Assembly: GCF_006345805.1 (NCBI RefSeq)
Contig: NW_021833831.1
Location: forward strand, 1 to 54,163
From: Octopus sinensis
Lineage: Eukaryota
Direction: 5' to 3'
DNA: 54,163 nucleotides
Shown one piece after another: positions 35,501 through 50,359 of the stretch (the first letter of the stretch is position 1; the number at the start of each line of letters is the position of its first letter). Made by a program: the position numbers and the translations under genes. Below the pieces are notes generated by a model. The model searched no databases. It was given only the letters and a program-made list of their open reading frames with translations, and was not told the DNA's origin.

Positions 35501-36018
35501 TGTATAACTTATAAACAAGAGCAAAAGAAAAAAAAATTCTAATGCCAAATATGGCGAAAATAGACCCATCATCAATAACCATATAATTCATCACTATAAG
35601 CACGTGTCTCGAAGAAAGCCGACAGGAATTTCTAAAAAATTCCGTTATTACCATATCGGACCCGATTTCAGAGTTAGTTCATAAGAACCTTCCCTTCATC
35701 AGTGATAAATGCGGCAAAGAAATAAATGAAATACTTATACCCATGGAAGAAGCAAACACTAAGTATGACTTAGTGTTTGCTTCTTCCATTTATTTCTTTG
35801 CTGCATTTATCACTGACGAAGAGAAGGTTCTTATGAATTAACTCTGAAATCGGGTCCGATATGGTAATAACGGAATTTTTTAGAAATTTCTGTCGGCTTT
35901 CTTCGAGACGCGTGCTTATAATGATGAATTATATGGTTATGGACGTTGTGTCTAGTTTCGGCATATTTGGCATTAGAATTTTTTTTCTTTTCCCCTTGTT
36001 TAATAAGTTGTTTATACA
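35501..36018. repeat. Fold-back element (~255-nt arms, 3-nt loop) beside (TA)n; degenerate HHR-like motif in arms
   Basis: Apex cactaagt-atg-acttagtg; CTGAYGAAG..CTTC-GAGAC-RCGT-GCT. Confidence 0.9.
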
Positions 36019-36107
36019 TTTAACCTTTAATGGTATTTTTTAATATGCTGGCCATTGATAAAATTTTTATCCTATGTTAGATGTATATATATATATAATA
36101 TATAATA

Positions 36108-36161
<54 letters not shown>

Positions 36162-36169
36162 ATATATAC

Positions 36170-36229
<60 letters not shown>

Positions 36230-36589
36230 GCAACTATCGAACAACGAGAACAAGTGCTCAACGCCAATAACAATTCTTTTTTATTTGTGCATTAAAGCTA
36301 CCATTGCTTTTCTGTGCAGGGAGAGAATGTTTAAAATGTTATCTTTTGGTTGGATGAGTAGCTTTTGATTGAAGAAACATTGTAGAGACTGCACGAATAG
36401 ACAGGGGAGCGAATAGGCGAACACTGGTAGGAACTGAAAGAGAAGACAGGCTCGTCAGTGCTCTACCAGCATCTTCAAGCAGAACATAGTGGCTCGGTTA
36501 AGGTATTATGAAGGCATAGAACTGACACGACACAGAGACAGATTACAAAACCACTCACATAATAATAGACAGGCCGAGCTTCAACAGAA

Positions 36590-36770
36590 ACACACCAAGA
36601 AGGGAGACTAAACCCAGAAGGGAGAAGAAAGGAACAGGTACAAATGTGTTTCCAGCTTCAAGTCCCCATTTCTGGCACAGTTTTCTGTGGAAAACTTTTA
36701 CAACCTGGTCGTACATCCATTTCTTATATTCTTCCTGTGGCAACTTGGGGCATTGTTATATATTGTGAAT
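36590..36770 (-). mobile_element. R4/Dong-type fragment (region after the zinc knuckle)
   Basis: PQEEYKKWMYDQVVKVFHRKLCQKWGLE (cf. EYKKRHDQVA..HWKLC). Confidence 0.6.
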
Positions 36771-37124
36771 TATATTAATGCCATTCTGTAATACATCGAA
36801 TCCCTGTATAGAGATCTGTATCTCTATAATTATACGCTGTTTTGGATTGTTATATCAAAAGTACATGCTATATACTATGTACGTAATGAAAATTAAGTTC
36901 TGTAGCTCAGGTCTAGTTAGACAAAATAATTAGTTCATCGATAAACTCCTCTCTTAGAAGTCAAAGAGAAGTTGGTATCGCTGGTATATAAATATGCAAA
37001 ACTAAGTGGTTCTTTCAAGTTTTAAGAGGCAAAGAATAGTACAAGGTGCATGAAATAGTAGCTTGAAAAACCCTTTGAATCACTACAACGCAAACACACT
37101 TATTCTACATTCTTAGTAAAAACT

Positions 37125-37328
37125 TTTCATGGTTAAGAAGCTCGCTTTGTAACAATGTGGTTTCAGCTGTCGCCCCACGGCACATGTGTCTTGTATTCTA
37201 ACTCTGGAGTCACCAAATATTTGTGAAGGAATTTGGGAACTGAAAACTGTCTAGAAGCCTATCGTATATTTATATATGTGTGTCTGTCTCTGTGTATGTG
37301 CGCATGTTTGTATGTGTGTGTGTGAGAG

Positions 37329-37378
<50 letters not shown>

Positions 37379-37510
37379 GTCCCTGTAACTTAGAGGTTCG
37401 GCAAAAAGACGATGGAATGAATACTAGACTTTAAAAATCGACTTGTTCGACAAAACCCTTGAAGGCTGTGGCATAGCCGAGGTCCAGTGAGTAAAACAAG
37501 TAAAATATAA
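37125..37510 (+). mobile_element. Diverged full-length family-A SINE
   Basis: Degenerate head, internal (TG)n, ggttcggcaaaaagacgatggaatgaatactag. Confidence 0.7.
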
Positions 37511-37724
37511 ACGATAACAAGTAAACTAAATCTATTTCAAAATATTTCTTACTCATAATTTCAGAAATCCGATTGGACGCTTGCTTATAAAATTTTGAAA
37601 CTATTCGCCTATCCCCAAAATATTTTCATTTCTCATGACCGATTTGATAATTATGTAGACGTTCTCCATATTTGTCGAGTCAAAACTCCAGCACTCTTAT
37701 CTATAATATTCTCTTTCTTATAAT

Positions 37725-38107
37725 AGAAGCACTCCGTCGGTTACCACGACGAGGGTTCCGGTTGATCCGATCAACGGAACAGCCTGCTCGTGAAATTAAC
37801 GTGTAAGTGGCTGAGCACTCCACAGACACGTGCACCCTTAACGTAGTTCTCGGGGATATTCAGCGTGACACAGAGAGTGACAAGGCCTGCCCTTTGAAAT
37901 ACAGGTACAACAGAAAGAGGAAGTAAGAGTGAGAGAAAGTTGTGGTGAAAGAGTACAGCAGGGATCACCACCATCCTCTACCGGAGCCCCGTGGAGCTTT
38001 TAGGTGTTTTCGCTCAATAAACACTCACAACGCCCGGTCTGGGAATCGAAACCGCGATCCTACGACTGCGAGTCCGCTGCCCTAACCACTGGGCCATTGC
38101 ACCTCCA
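37725..38107 (-). mobile_element. tRNA-derived SINE, family C, with 14-bp TSD
   Basis: TSD ctctttcttataat at 37711-37724 and 38108-38121; head ggaggtgcaatggcccagtggttagggcagcggactc. Confidence 0.93.
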
Positions 38108-38676
38108 CTCTTTCTTATAATATCTAATTTAATACTCTTACAGTAAAAACAGTTCAAGAAATCAGCATTGCATCTACTACAACCAAAAGGATCGGATCTG
38201 TGTTTTTTTCAGGAAAATTAAAATCCTCTAGAAAGTGTATTTGAACAATCATTAATTCTTAATGAATCAAAAGGAATTAGTTGACATTACAACCAAATTT
38301 TCTTTCACAGCGTCAGTCAACAACAAGAACTTATATCAAGAAAACAACTTAACACTGTATATAGTTTATCAGATGGACAATAATGTGATGTCTCTCACTC
38401 TACAGCAATCTTAAATAAAGGAAGCGATACAACATTGTTCTGCCGACACATGACATAACCTTCCCTCAGTGAATTCATAGAAAACCCTACATTTGATCAA
38501 TAAATGACATTTGGCGTCTACGATCATCAGAATCACCATAAAACACATTGATTATAATCTATCCTCTGTGTGAAAAGTCTGGCCGCGAACACGTTAGCAT
38601 ATGTCAGGTGCATACAATTGACAACACCGTTAATTAAGATTTATTCAGTGAGTTCTATTCAACACATGTTTACACG

Positions 38677-38880
38677 TGGAATCCATTAGATGAAGGCATT
38701 TTCAAAGTTTGGGCTGATAAAGTTGAACTGAAAAACCCTACAACGAGGCATGAATTGCACGAAGCCGTCTTGCAGTCTTGAGAAGAGCTATCTGAGCGGA
38801 AAATTCGTGGATGTATTCAACATCAAACTCGTGTTCGGCGTCAAATAGTTGACTGTCATGGTGGTAACAGATTCGTGTAA
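38677..38880 (+). mobile_element. Tc1-like transposase C-terminal remnant
   Basis: WNPLDEGIF..VELKNPTTRHELHEAVLQS*EEL..RRQIVDCHGG. Confidence 0.55.
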
Positions 38881-40039
38881 TAAATTTGTGTTTATTTTTG
38901 TTTCATAATATATATTTTTTCGGATGCAGCCAGACTTTTCACACCATTAACGATGAAGTCCTTTTAATTTGTTGAAATTCGCAGTCGACCAAGGGGCAAG
39001 CTGAATGGAAAGATGTTTTTTGTGCAGTAATTCTAGTTTAGCAGTAATTCTAGTTCAGATTCTAGACCAAGGTAGTCCCTTTATGTTTTCCTATCAAAAT
39101 TTAAACATACGCATTAATATGCGAAAAACAGTTAATATTGAGTAATTTGATAAAATGAATAAATTCAGATTCTACGTCAATTAAGCGGCTCATATTTATG
39201 TTTATAGCGATATTTAATATCAATGTATATGTGCTCCGGTTATAGTATACACTCACACGCATGCAAGCACACATATAGATATACCCTCATAAACACACAC
39301 ATATATGATACATAGTTATTAATGTATTAAATATTAATATACATTCCGATTATTGATTTAAACCGTATAGCTATACATATGCATACACACACACACATAT
39401 ATATACATGTTTACACACACGTGTATGTGTTTCTGCATGTGTGTGTGAGCGTTTGCGTGCGAGTGAAGAAATATTTTAGACTTTTCCTGACTTTAACTCT
39501 ACTAATATAATTATAATAATATAGCAGTAATTTACAGTTCTTATTTTACATACCGTTTATTAAATTGATCATCTGGCTGAATTAATATTTAAGGTAAATA
39601 ATATTAGATATTCTAAAACAATCAAATAAATAAGTGAAGCTGGAAAAAGATAATTGATAATTGAATCCAATTCGAAAATTAAATTTAATGGCTGCATTAT
39701 TCGAAGTAGTTTTCAATAATTCTAATTTCATACGAGAAAATGTATTCATTATTTCTCGTCATTTTCATGAAACTGTATTTGGTTTCTGTAATTCGAAGCT
39801 TTTTCCACGGAATAATCCCAATTTATTAGAAAAACAGAGATGGCAGTAATTAATGTGCAAACGCCGCAAATATTTTTGAAGAGCGACGTGTATAAACTCC
39901 TAATTGCTTGATTTGCTGTTCCTTTCAAAATGAAATGTTTCATTTATTCCTACACGAAATTCAGTTATTGAAACGCAACCATACTGTGTGTGTGGTATCT
40001 ATTGAAAGTGATTTTAGTCGATCAAATATATGTATATGT

Positions 40040-40310
40040 ATGCCTTCACCTTCGAAACGTAGAGTAGATGAAACCATGGCGACTGAAGAAGGAGTTTTTT
40101 CCTTGTGTTATTTGTCTTGTACTCTATTTTTTGTTGTTGTTTAAGAAAAATGTTCAGTTCCTTGGGTTTGTGTCTATGTTTTCGTTTCTCATTGTGTTCG
40201 ACGTCCTTTTGGTGTCCTGTACTCATATATGCGTGTATATATACATGTAGAGGTAGGTACGTACATATATGTATAGATATATGCATATGTTTTATTTATT
40301 AATATATATT
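40040..40310 (+). repeat. Diverged single arm of the 46860-47432 family
   Basis: ccttcgaaacgtagagtagatgaaa..ctgaagaagg..gtcctgtactcatatatgc. Confidence 0.7.
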
Positions 40311-40321
40311 ATATATATATA

Positions 40322-40378
<57 letters not shown>

Positions 40379-40389
40379 ATATATATTTG

Positions 40390-41301
<912 letters not shown>

Positions 41302-41305
41302 AACA

Positions 41306-41738
<433 letters not shown>

Positions 41739-42493
41739 CATATATATATATATAATAATATATATATATACACATGCCCATGTATTTGTATCTATCTATA
41801 TATATAATATTCTAGTACTTACAGCTAGATGGAATGTATTTCCTTATGACTGTACACAGAATATGCCGACTTGAGAGAGCGAACTTTGCAATGGAGGTAA
41901 TCTCGATAACCCTGCTATGGTGAAGGTGATGTAAATTCGTTTGGTAAGTCCACAATTTCTTGTCGCATCAAATCTGACTCAGCTACGGGGTCCAAAAATC
42001 TGTTTAAAGAAAATGGAAAATATGTTGTCAGGGACTCTTAGCTCAAAATACTAATTACAAAATTAATAAGTTGCGGATAGCTGTTTATATATTCAAAGAC
42101 TTACCTATATATTTAATAAAATATATGAGTGGAATTAGAATGGAGAGGTCTACATGGTTTGTGGCATCGGTAGGAAGGCCGACAGGATAGGTTCTGAAAG
42201 TGGCTGGAATAGATTCAGAGGAAGATATTCGACAAGACCGAGATTTGTCGTTGGAAGCAGAAATCAGCCAGCTATGAAGTACAAGGTGAACCTTCATAAT
42301 CCATCGGGGATCAAGCAATGGTGGGTTTGATTGCTAGATAATAGTTAAGGGTCAATACTGCTACACTGTCACAGCAACCATATAACAATATTTGGTTACG
42401 TACTTATCTATATCTATATATACATACATACATGCATATATATATATATATTATATTATATATATATAATATATATATTATAATATATATATA

Positions 42494-42575
<82 letters not shown>

Positions 42576-42985
42576 TACGGAGATGTACTCGCATAGCAAG
42601 TAATTTGATCTGAGATCGTGTGCTGAAACGAAAACAATTGCAGCGTGGAAGGTGTTTATAAGCCATTTAAGAAACACACAAAAGCCGTTTGATTCACTTC
42701 AACATTTAAGTTTAATTTGTCAAAATATTTTCGTCGCTAAAATCCGCGACCTGTTCACTGACAAAGTCCGTGCTGCATATATATATATTTATCAAAATAA
42801 AAACATGATGCAAAGGATTTAGCGGTACATATGTTTCTAGCTTTCATTAAACGGTTTATATCAATGCATAATTGATGTAATATGTATGTCAATAGCCATC
42901 ATGTTTTTATTTTGATAAAATACTCTATCACCTACACCACTAAATAGCATATACAGGTGCTTACAATTATCAAGTATTGACCCTG

Positions 42986-43057
<72 letters not shown>

Positions 43058-44210
43058 ACAAATTCTCTGTGTGTTGCGTTCAATTGCTTAACAAATGAAA
43101 ACAATTTATGATAAATAAAGAAACGACATGGCGTACACAGACGGACGGGCGACAAACATAGAAGGTGCCCAATTCTTCGTCAGTTATCAACCAATTGGTA
43201 AAGCTCAATTTCGTACCATTAATGATAAGACTGAGGGATTCCTATATTGGCGGCGCCCGCAAGAATTTTTTTGCGGAGAATCCAAAACCTAGAATAAAAA
43301 AAACAAAGCAAACAACAGAGAGAGAGATTTAGGACGGTGGACAAGAACGAACGGACGAGTAAAGCACGGCCTAAGGGTCAAGAAGACACGAATAGTGGGT
43401 AACAGTTAGAAGATATCGGAAAGGGGGGAGACCAGTGGGAGAAAGGGAGAAGGCTGGCCATGGGTCACATGACAGCAGCAAGCAGAGGAAAAGATAGCAA
43501 GAGAGGGAGAGAGGAAGCGACGGAGAGAAGGGATGAAGAGAGAAAAAGAGAAAGGAGAAAGGCTAGAATAGAAGTGAATGGGTGAGAGAGAAAAAAGGGG
43601 AAAGAATGAAGGCAGGAGAGAGAGAATGTGTGTGAGAGAAAGAGAGAGTCACACGCGTATAAAAAAACTTGTTAATACAAATTCGGTGTGTAAGATGAGT
43701 TATACACACCTTAACGGTTGTTACTTAAATAGAGGGAGCCAGGAGATAGGCCTAATGAACATACATACCAACATCCCAGAATTGAGAATCCATTAAACTG
43801 ATATATGAAGACGTGAAGCATGGGAGGCCTTTATAATACACGTCTGACAAACGTATTAAATCTCGCGAGGAAGTTTATCTTATTAACAAAGTCTATAGCT
43901 AGAAGATCGATGGTTTGTAACAGCAGTCAGTCGAAAAATTATCGATATCGTTTAGCTGGGCCCAGGGATCAGTGACAGAACATGTAATTAATGGAGGGGT
44001 GAAGTTCCTAATTTACAGGCATGGAATATGTTACTGTATCGAATTGTTGGAAAAAGGACAGTTGTTGCCTGCAAAACGGAATTTTACGTCTTGAAAATTT
44101 TTGTTGATAGACACTGCGGTGACAGCAGATACTCACTCAGAACCTACAATTTAAACGCCCATCTTTACTGCCAGTCATTTTTTCTCTCTCTCCCTCTACC
44201 TCAGTCTCTC

Positions 44211-44288
<78 letters not shown>

Positions 44289-44879
44289 CACACACACATA
44301 TATATATACATACACATAAATACATACACACATACACATGTATATACACACACGTATATATATGTACACACACGCATATATATATATATAATATATATAT
44401 ACATGTATACAAGGTGTGATCAATAAGCATTTGGACTGTTGCTAAACATCCCTCAAATCATTATCTGCTGTCTTTAAAATGATCAAACTCTCCCGAAAAT
44501 GTCAGTGCTAAATACACTGATTGAATAAAGGACAGAATGGTCACATTAGGACTGCCTTTGATCTGATGGATGCTTGCTGACCTGGATGCTAAATAACAAC
44601 GGCCATCATGAATTACATATTTTACGACAAAAAGACGAATATCAAATTTCTGCCATGCCATTTTTGATCATCCATTGAATTATACATCCGTACAATATAA
44701 AACAGCTTTCAAAGATCAGAGCAGATCCGGCCACATCATGAAACACGCCCCCACACAAGAGCAGACCAGACCCCACAACACATCATCACAACAGCATCAC
44801 AACAGCTCAATACAACAAACACAGCACACAAACAATATCACAAGATGCAAGCATCATATCCTGGTGCACTTAGTCACAT

Positions 44880-44892
44880 CGTACTCACCGAA
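44880..44892 (-). other. Strong minus-strand splice donor (candidate end of a 5' UTR exon)
   Basis: ttcG|GTGAGTAC, exon end at 44889, in non-TE low-complexity sequence. Confidence 0.3.
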
Positions 44893-44976
44893 GTTCCTCA
44901 ACGTAAACCACCATCACCACCACCACTGCCAAAACCACAACCAAGACAGCCACAATTACTACCAGCGCCAATATCA

Positions 44977-45011
<35 letters not shown>

Positions 45012-46059
45012 AGTAGATGCAGAGGCAAGGATTATCGTGCGATCTCACAGGATACATAGATATATTGCTATAACACACCGACCCATTATGAAATAGTAGC
45101 ATCATCCCCACCGCCATCACAACCACCACCACCACCACCACCAACGACACAACCACTACCAGCATCACCACCGCCATCACTGCCACAACACCTCAGCTCA
45201 ACATCAGAGCATTATTAGATATATGTTCACAAAAACAAACAAAATACAGAGATCAAAACTAAAGTTATAAATTCCCAATAATTTCTGTTGGAATCATTCC
45301 AGGAACTTAATGTATTTTTCATTAGAGGACTCCAATTCAGTACAGTTACTGATTTGGCAGAAAACGGCCAACAGCATTTACAATTAGACAGACATATCCT
45401 TCAGTCGGTGTGTGTGCGCGTGCGTTTATAAATAAATACACACACGCGCGCAAACATATACATAAACGATTACGTATATTGAATACTCTTTCTCTCGTGC
45501 GTAAAGCAAAACGCACGCACATATGCGCATATATGCACATGGGAATGCATGTATACAAAAGCACGCACACGCTCGCACATATATTGTATCGAAAATGTGA
45601 CCGTTCTCATTTTGTTATATTCATAAAGGTTTTGGAGGTTTACTAATGTTCCTTGCAGTGTTTAAAGGAAAGGAAAAAGTATTCCCCATCATACTCATAT
45701 TGTATATATGGGTACGCACATACATGCAGGTATATATACATGCTTACATGTGTACGTACAGAAGTATGCATGTACATTTATGCTCACACATGTATACTAC
45801 GGTATACATGCATGTATGTATATCATAGAGGTGTAGTAATAGAAATAGGGAAATATATAGGTATAGAAATACACATATATCTTTATCCTCTTACTAAAGC
45901 TGAAAAATCTTCATACACTTACTCTGTTTCACGTTACCCTTCGTCGGACAGTTGCTATCAGGACAACTGTTCGACGGACGAGAACGTGAAACTCTGAGTA
46001 ACAGTGTGTGAAGATTTTCACCTTTAATAAAAACATTAATCTACGTTCGGTATTTGAAT

Positions 46060-46431
46060 GGAAGCACTCCGTTGGTTACGACGATGAGGGTTCCGGTTGA
46101 TCCGAATCAACGGAACAGCCTGCTCGTGAAATTAACGTGTAAGTGGCTGAGCACTCCACAAACACGTGCACCCTTAACGTAGTTCTCGGGGATATTCAGC
46201 GTGACAAGGCCGGCCCCTTGAAATACAGGTACAACAGAAACAGGAAGTAAGAGTGAGAGAAAGTTGTGGTGAAAGAGTACAGCAGGGATCACCACCATCC
46301 CCTGTCGGAGCCTCGTGGAGCTTTTAGATGTTTTCGCTCAATAAACACTCACAACGCCCGGTTTGGGAATCGAAACCGCGATCCTATGACCGCGAGTCTG
46401 CTGCCCTAACCACTGGGCCATTGCGCCTCCA
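46060..46431 (-). mobile_element. Family-C SINE with 12-bp TSD
   Basis: TSD cggtatttgaat at 46048-46059 and 46432-46443. Confidence 0.93.
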
Positions 46432-46478
46432 CGGTATTTGAATACTGTTTTTTTCCACCTTGTTTTGCATTTGTGTAG

Positions 46479-46840
46479 GGCGGCGAGCTAGCAGAATCGT
46501 TAGCACGCTGGGCAAAATGATCACAGGCATTTCGTCCGTCCTTACGTTCTGATTTCAAATTCCGTCAAGGTCGACTTGCCTTTCATTTCGGTTTCGATTT
46601 CCAGACCGGGCGTTGTGAGTGTTTATTGAGCGAAAACACCAAAAGCTCCACGAGGCAGAGGGTGGTGGCGGTCCCTGCTGTACTCTTTCGCCACAACTTT
46701 CTCTCACTCTTTCTTTTGTGGGCTTGCTCTCTTAGCCAGCGGGGTGGCGTCATTGGAAGGCTAAAACAATGCGAAGCGCATTGTGACCAGCGATGTGTAG
46801 CAACATCTGATAGTCTGGTCGGTCACAGTGATCACGGTGA
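46479..46840 (+). mobile_element. Chimeric SINE: family-B 5' part joined to a headless family-D copy
   Basis: Junction ..gcctttcatttcg|gtttcgatttccagaccggg at ~46590. Confidence 0.8.
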
Positions 46841-46859
46841 TATATATATATATAATATA

Positions 46860-47432
46860 AATATATGCATATATATGTTCATACCTACATATATATGTAT
46901 ATATACATGCATATATGGTACAGGACATAAAAAAATGTAGACAACATGAGAAACGAGAACATAAAAAGCAAAAGCATAGAAAGCGAACTTTATTTCGAAC
47001 AACGAAAGAAACAAACAAATAGAGAAATGAGACAGGCAACATGAAGAATATTCCCTTCATCAGTTGTCCCCTGTTTTATCTACTCCGCGTTTCGAGTCCC
47101 TACCTTCGAAACGCTGAGTAGATAAAACAGGGGACAACTGATGAAGGGAATGTTCTTCATGTTGCCTGTCTCGTTTCTCTATTTGTTTGTTTCTTTCGTT
47201 GTTCGAAATAAAGTTCGCTTTCTATGCTTTTGCTTTTTATGTTCTCGTTTCTCATGTTGTCTACATTTTTTTGATGTCCTGTACCCATATATGCATGTAT
47301 ATATATACATATATATGTAGGTATATACATATATGTATATATATATATATATATATGCATATATTTATATTTTATTTATATTTTATTTATATTATTATAT
47401 GATCGAACGCCACGCATACATTTCCAAGTAAG
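46860..47432. repeat. Fold-back element (~240-nt arms, apex ~47087-47114, one-sided ~70-nt extension) in (TA)n
   Basis: Apex gcgtttcga-gtccctacct-tcgaaacgc. Confidence 0.9.
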
Positions 47433-47499
47433 TATGTGTATATATATATACATTATACACACACACACACGCACACACATATATATATATCCTTAAAAT

Positions 47500-47845
47500 G
47501 TTTTAAAATGTTTTAGCCCGAAGGCCGCGGCCATGCTGGGGCACCACCGCTGAATGAGCTACACTAATATGTGAATCCACCTCTGATACGTGGCACTTGA
47601 TCAACAAGGGAGTTCGATGCTGCTGCCCGCATCTGCGTCTCCTGTCGTGAGGTAGGTTCATCTGGGACTCCCGACAAGAAGAGATCCAGTTTAGTTTTAA
47701 AGAAACCCACATCCACACGATGTAAGTCTCTCAGGCATTTAGGGAGGATGTTAAAGAGCTGTGGTCCTCTGAAACCCAAGCTGTTGCAGTATCTGGACCT
47801 GTATTTTGATGGTGATGTTGGAATCTTTGGCACCATGCAGTGGCG
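47500..47845 (-). mobile_element. CR1-clade LINE 3' end
   Basis: YCNSLGFRGPQLFNILPKCLRDL..FFKTKLDLFLSGVPDEP. Confidence 0.85.
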
Positions 47846-47980
47846 CCCCGTTCATACACACATACATACATACATACACACACATACATACATACATACA
47901 TACATACATACATACATACATACATTCACACATACATACACACATACATACACACATACATACATACATACATACATACA

Positions 47981-48014
<34 letters not shown>

Positions 48015-48279
48015 CATACATACATACATACATACATACAGTTATGTGTGTGCATATATCTCTGTAACGTTTGTATCAATTTGTGCATACAGAAATAAGA
48101 AGAGAAAATCATGTATTCTCACATCATATTAAATCTGTTCCTCTCCGAGACCCAGTTTTCTCTTGTTTTCTTTCATTTATATATTTAATTGATTTTTTAT
48201 TTATTCACCCAAATTTTCATTTTTTCGCAGAATTTTTCGACACTATGATAATGGGAAGTTTGCCAATTAATAATTCTCT

Positions 48280-48770
48280 CTAATTTAGGCACAAGGGCAG
48301 CAGTTTTGTGAGGAAGGGGTGGGTCGGTATCATCGATTGACTGGTTCTTTACTTTATCAATGCGTAAAGAAAAGTATATTTGATGTCGGCAGGATTTGAA
48401 CTCACAACGTAATAAGCTGAGACCGAAATATTTCTTATTTAGGCACAAGATCAGCGAATTTGAAGGGAGTGGGAAATCGGTATCATCGACCTTAGTACTT
48501 GATTGGTACTTTATTTTATCAACACTGAAAGGATAAAAAGCAAAAATGACCGCAATGGAGTTTGAATTCGAAATTTAAGGAGTCAGGACAAATATAGCAA
48601 GCCGCTGTTTTGTGTCTTAACAATGATTACAATAATAATTGTTAATAATTTTGGCACAAGACCAGTAATTTTAGTGGGAGAAAGTAAGTCGATTAGATCG
48701 ACTTCAATCAGTACTTGACTGGTACTTATTTTATCGACTGCGAAAGGATGAAGGACAGTCATATCTTTCT
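48280..48770 (-). mobile_element. Three adjacent diverged family-B-like SINE remnants
   Basis: ggcacaag..tcgatt..ctggtact..ttttatc..aaaggat block recurs three times. Confidence 0.65.
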
Positions 48771-49263
48771 AAAAATGCGGCCGTCACATATCTTTGTTTC
48801 TATGTCTAGTGTACCCTCGACAGAAATAGCCAATGTCTGTTTTTTTTTTTAAAGAAGGGACAGTTACCTTCTTAGAAAAAAAAAAGAACCCAGATCAAAT
48901 TAGATATTATTGTTCTGAGTACACTATGAATAAAAAGAAAAATTGGTGATGGTCACGGTTAGAACAATTGTGATCATAAAACACTTCAATCGAGACCATA
49001 TTTGATTTGAACCACGACGAAAAGATCCGACTAGAACCCTATAAGTATCATTCATTGCCACCTACGTGATGAAGTACCTGATATTCTATGTCCTTCGTTT
49101 TGTGATTCTACTCTGTATCACCTTCATAGGGCATGAATGTGTGTTTGTATGTATGTATATACATATATCTGCATATAAAAATTGTTGTAGTCAGCTAAAC
49201 ACAGAAACCTATACCAACACACATATTTCCTATTTACCTAGACGACAACCTGTTGCAAGTGAC

Positions 49264-49826
49264 ACACCAGGGACCAGTCTAAACACCAGGGACCAGGCTA
49301 AACACCAGGGACCAGTCTAAACACCAGGGACCAGTCTAAACACCAGGGACCAGTCTAAACACCAGGGACCAGTCTAAACACCAGGGACCAGTCTAAACAT
49401 CAGGGACCAGGCTAAACACCAGGGACCAGGCTAAACACCAGGGACCAGTCTAAACACCAGGGACCAGTCTAAACACCAGGGACCAGTCTAAACACCAGGG
49501 ACCAGGCTAAACACCAGGGACCAGGCTAAACACCAGGGACCAGGCTAAACACCAGGGACCAGGCTAAACACCAGGGACCAGGCTAAACATCAGGGACCAG
49601 GCTAAACACCAGGGACCAGGCTAAACATCAGGGACCAGGCTAAACACCAGGGACCAGTCTAAACACCAGGGACCAGGCTAAACACCAGGGACCAGGCTAA
49701 ACACCAGGGACCAGGCTAAACATCAGGGACCAGGCTAAACACCAGGGACCAGGCTAAACACCAGGGACCAGGCTAAACACCAGGGACCAGGCTAAACACC
49801 AGGGACCAGTCTAAACACCAGGGACC
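49264..49826. repeat. 19-bp minisatellite ACACCAGGGACCAG(T/G)CTAA, ~29.6 copies
   Basis: Directly visible; no spacers. Confidence 0.98.
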
Positions 49827-50227
49827 TTCGTCCCTTCTATTCCAGCTATATTGATCTTTATGTGATTCTATTTTTGTAAAATTTATATCAAATTTTATCA
49901 GCCTCGTTGGTTGCAGGTTTCTTTAGTGTAATACAGTTACCATGGTAACAGGGAAGCTGCTGACGACTTGGGCGGAATCAGAAATATAAGCAATATATAT
50001 TTTTTTCGAAAGTAATGATTTATCGATTTTTCTCGTATATGTTTACTTCTTTGGGTGATAAACACTCATGCATATGAACAAAGAGACTTCTCATTCAAAT
50101 GAAGATATATATATTATAATATGCATATCTATCTATTTATATACATACATACATACATACATACATACACATATACATGCGTATATTATATAAGTATATA
50201 TATATAAGTATATATATAGGTGTTTAA

Positions 50228-50265
<38 letters not shown>

Positions 50266-50359
50266 TATATAGTATATATTATATGTGTGTGTGTGTGTGT
50301 GTGACATAACAATTCTTTTTCTTTTTTATTTACATATCCATTGAAACAGTTTCAACTTT

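Noticed and set aside
41850-42360. Higher-complexity stretch with a 77-aa minus ORF
   Set aside because: No recognisable motif or splice structure; probably an old TE fragment.
47110-47160. Type II hammerhead
   Set aside because: Stem I cannot be formed from gataaaacaggggacaa; kept only as an unexplained motif.
49264-49826. 19-bp repeat as a CRISPR array or repeat-protein exon
   Set aside because: No unique spacers, eukaryotic context, unit not a multiple of 3, and TAA stops recur.
49930-50000. CTGACGA..GAAA next to the 14-bp palindrome gttaccatggtaac
   Set aside because: Neither stem I nor stem II pairs.
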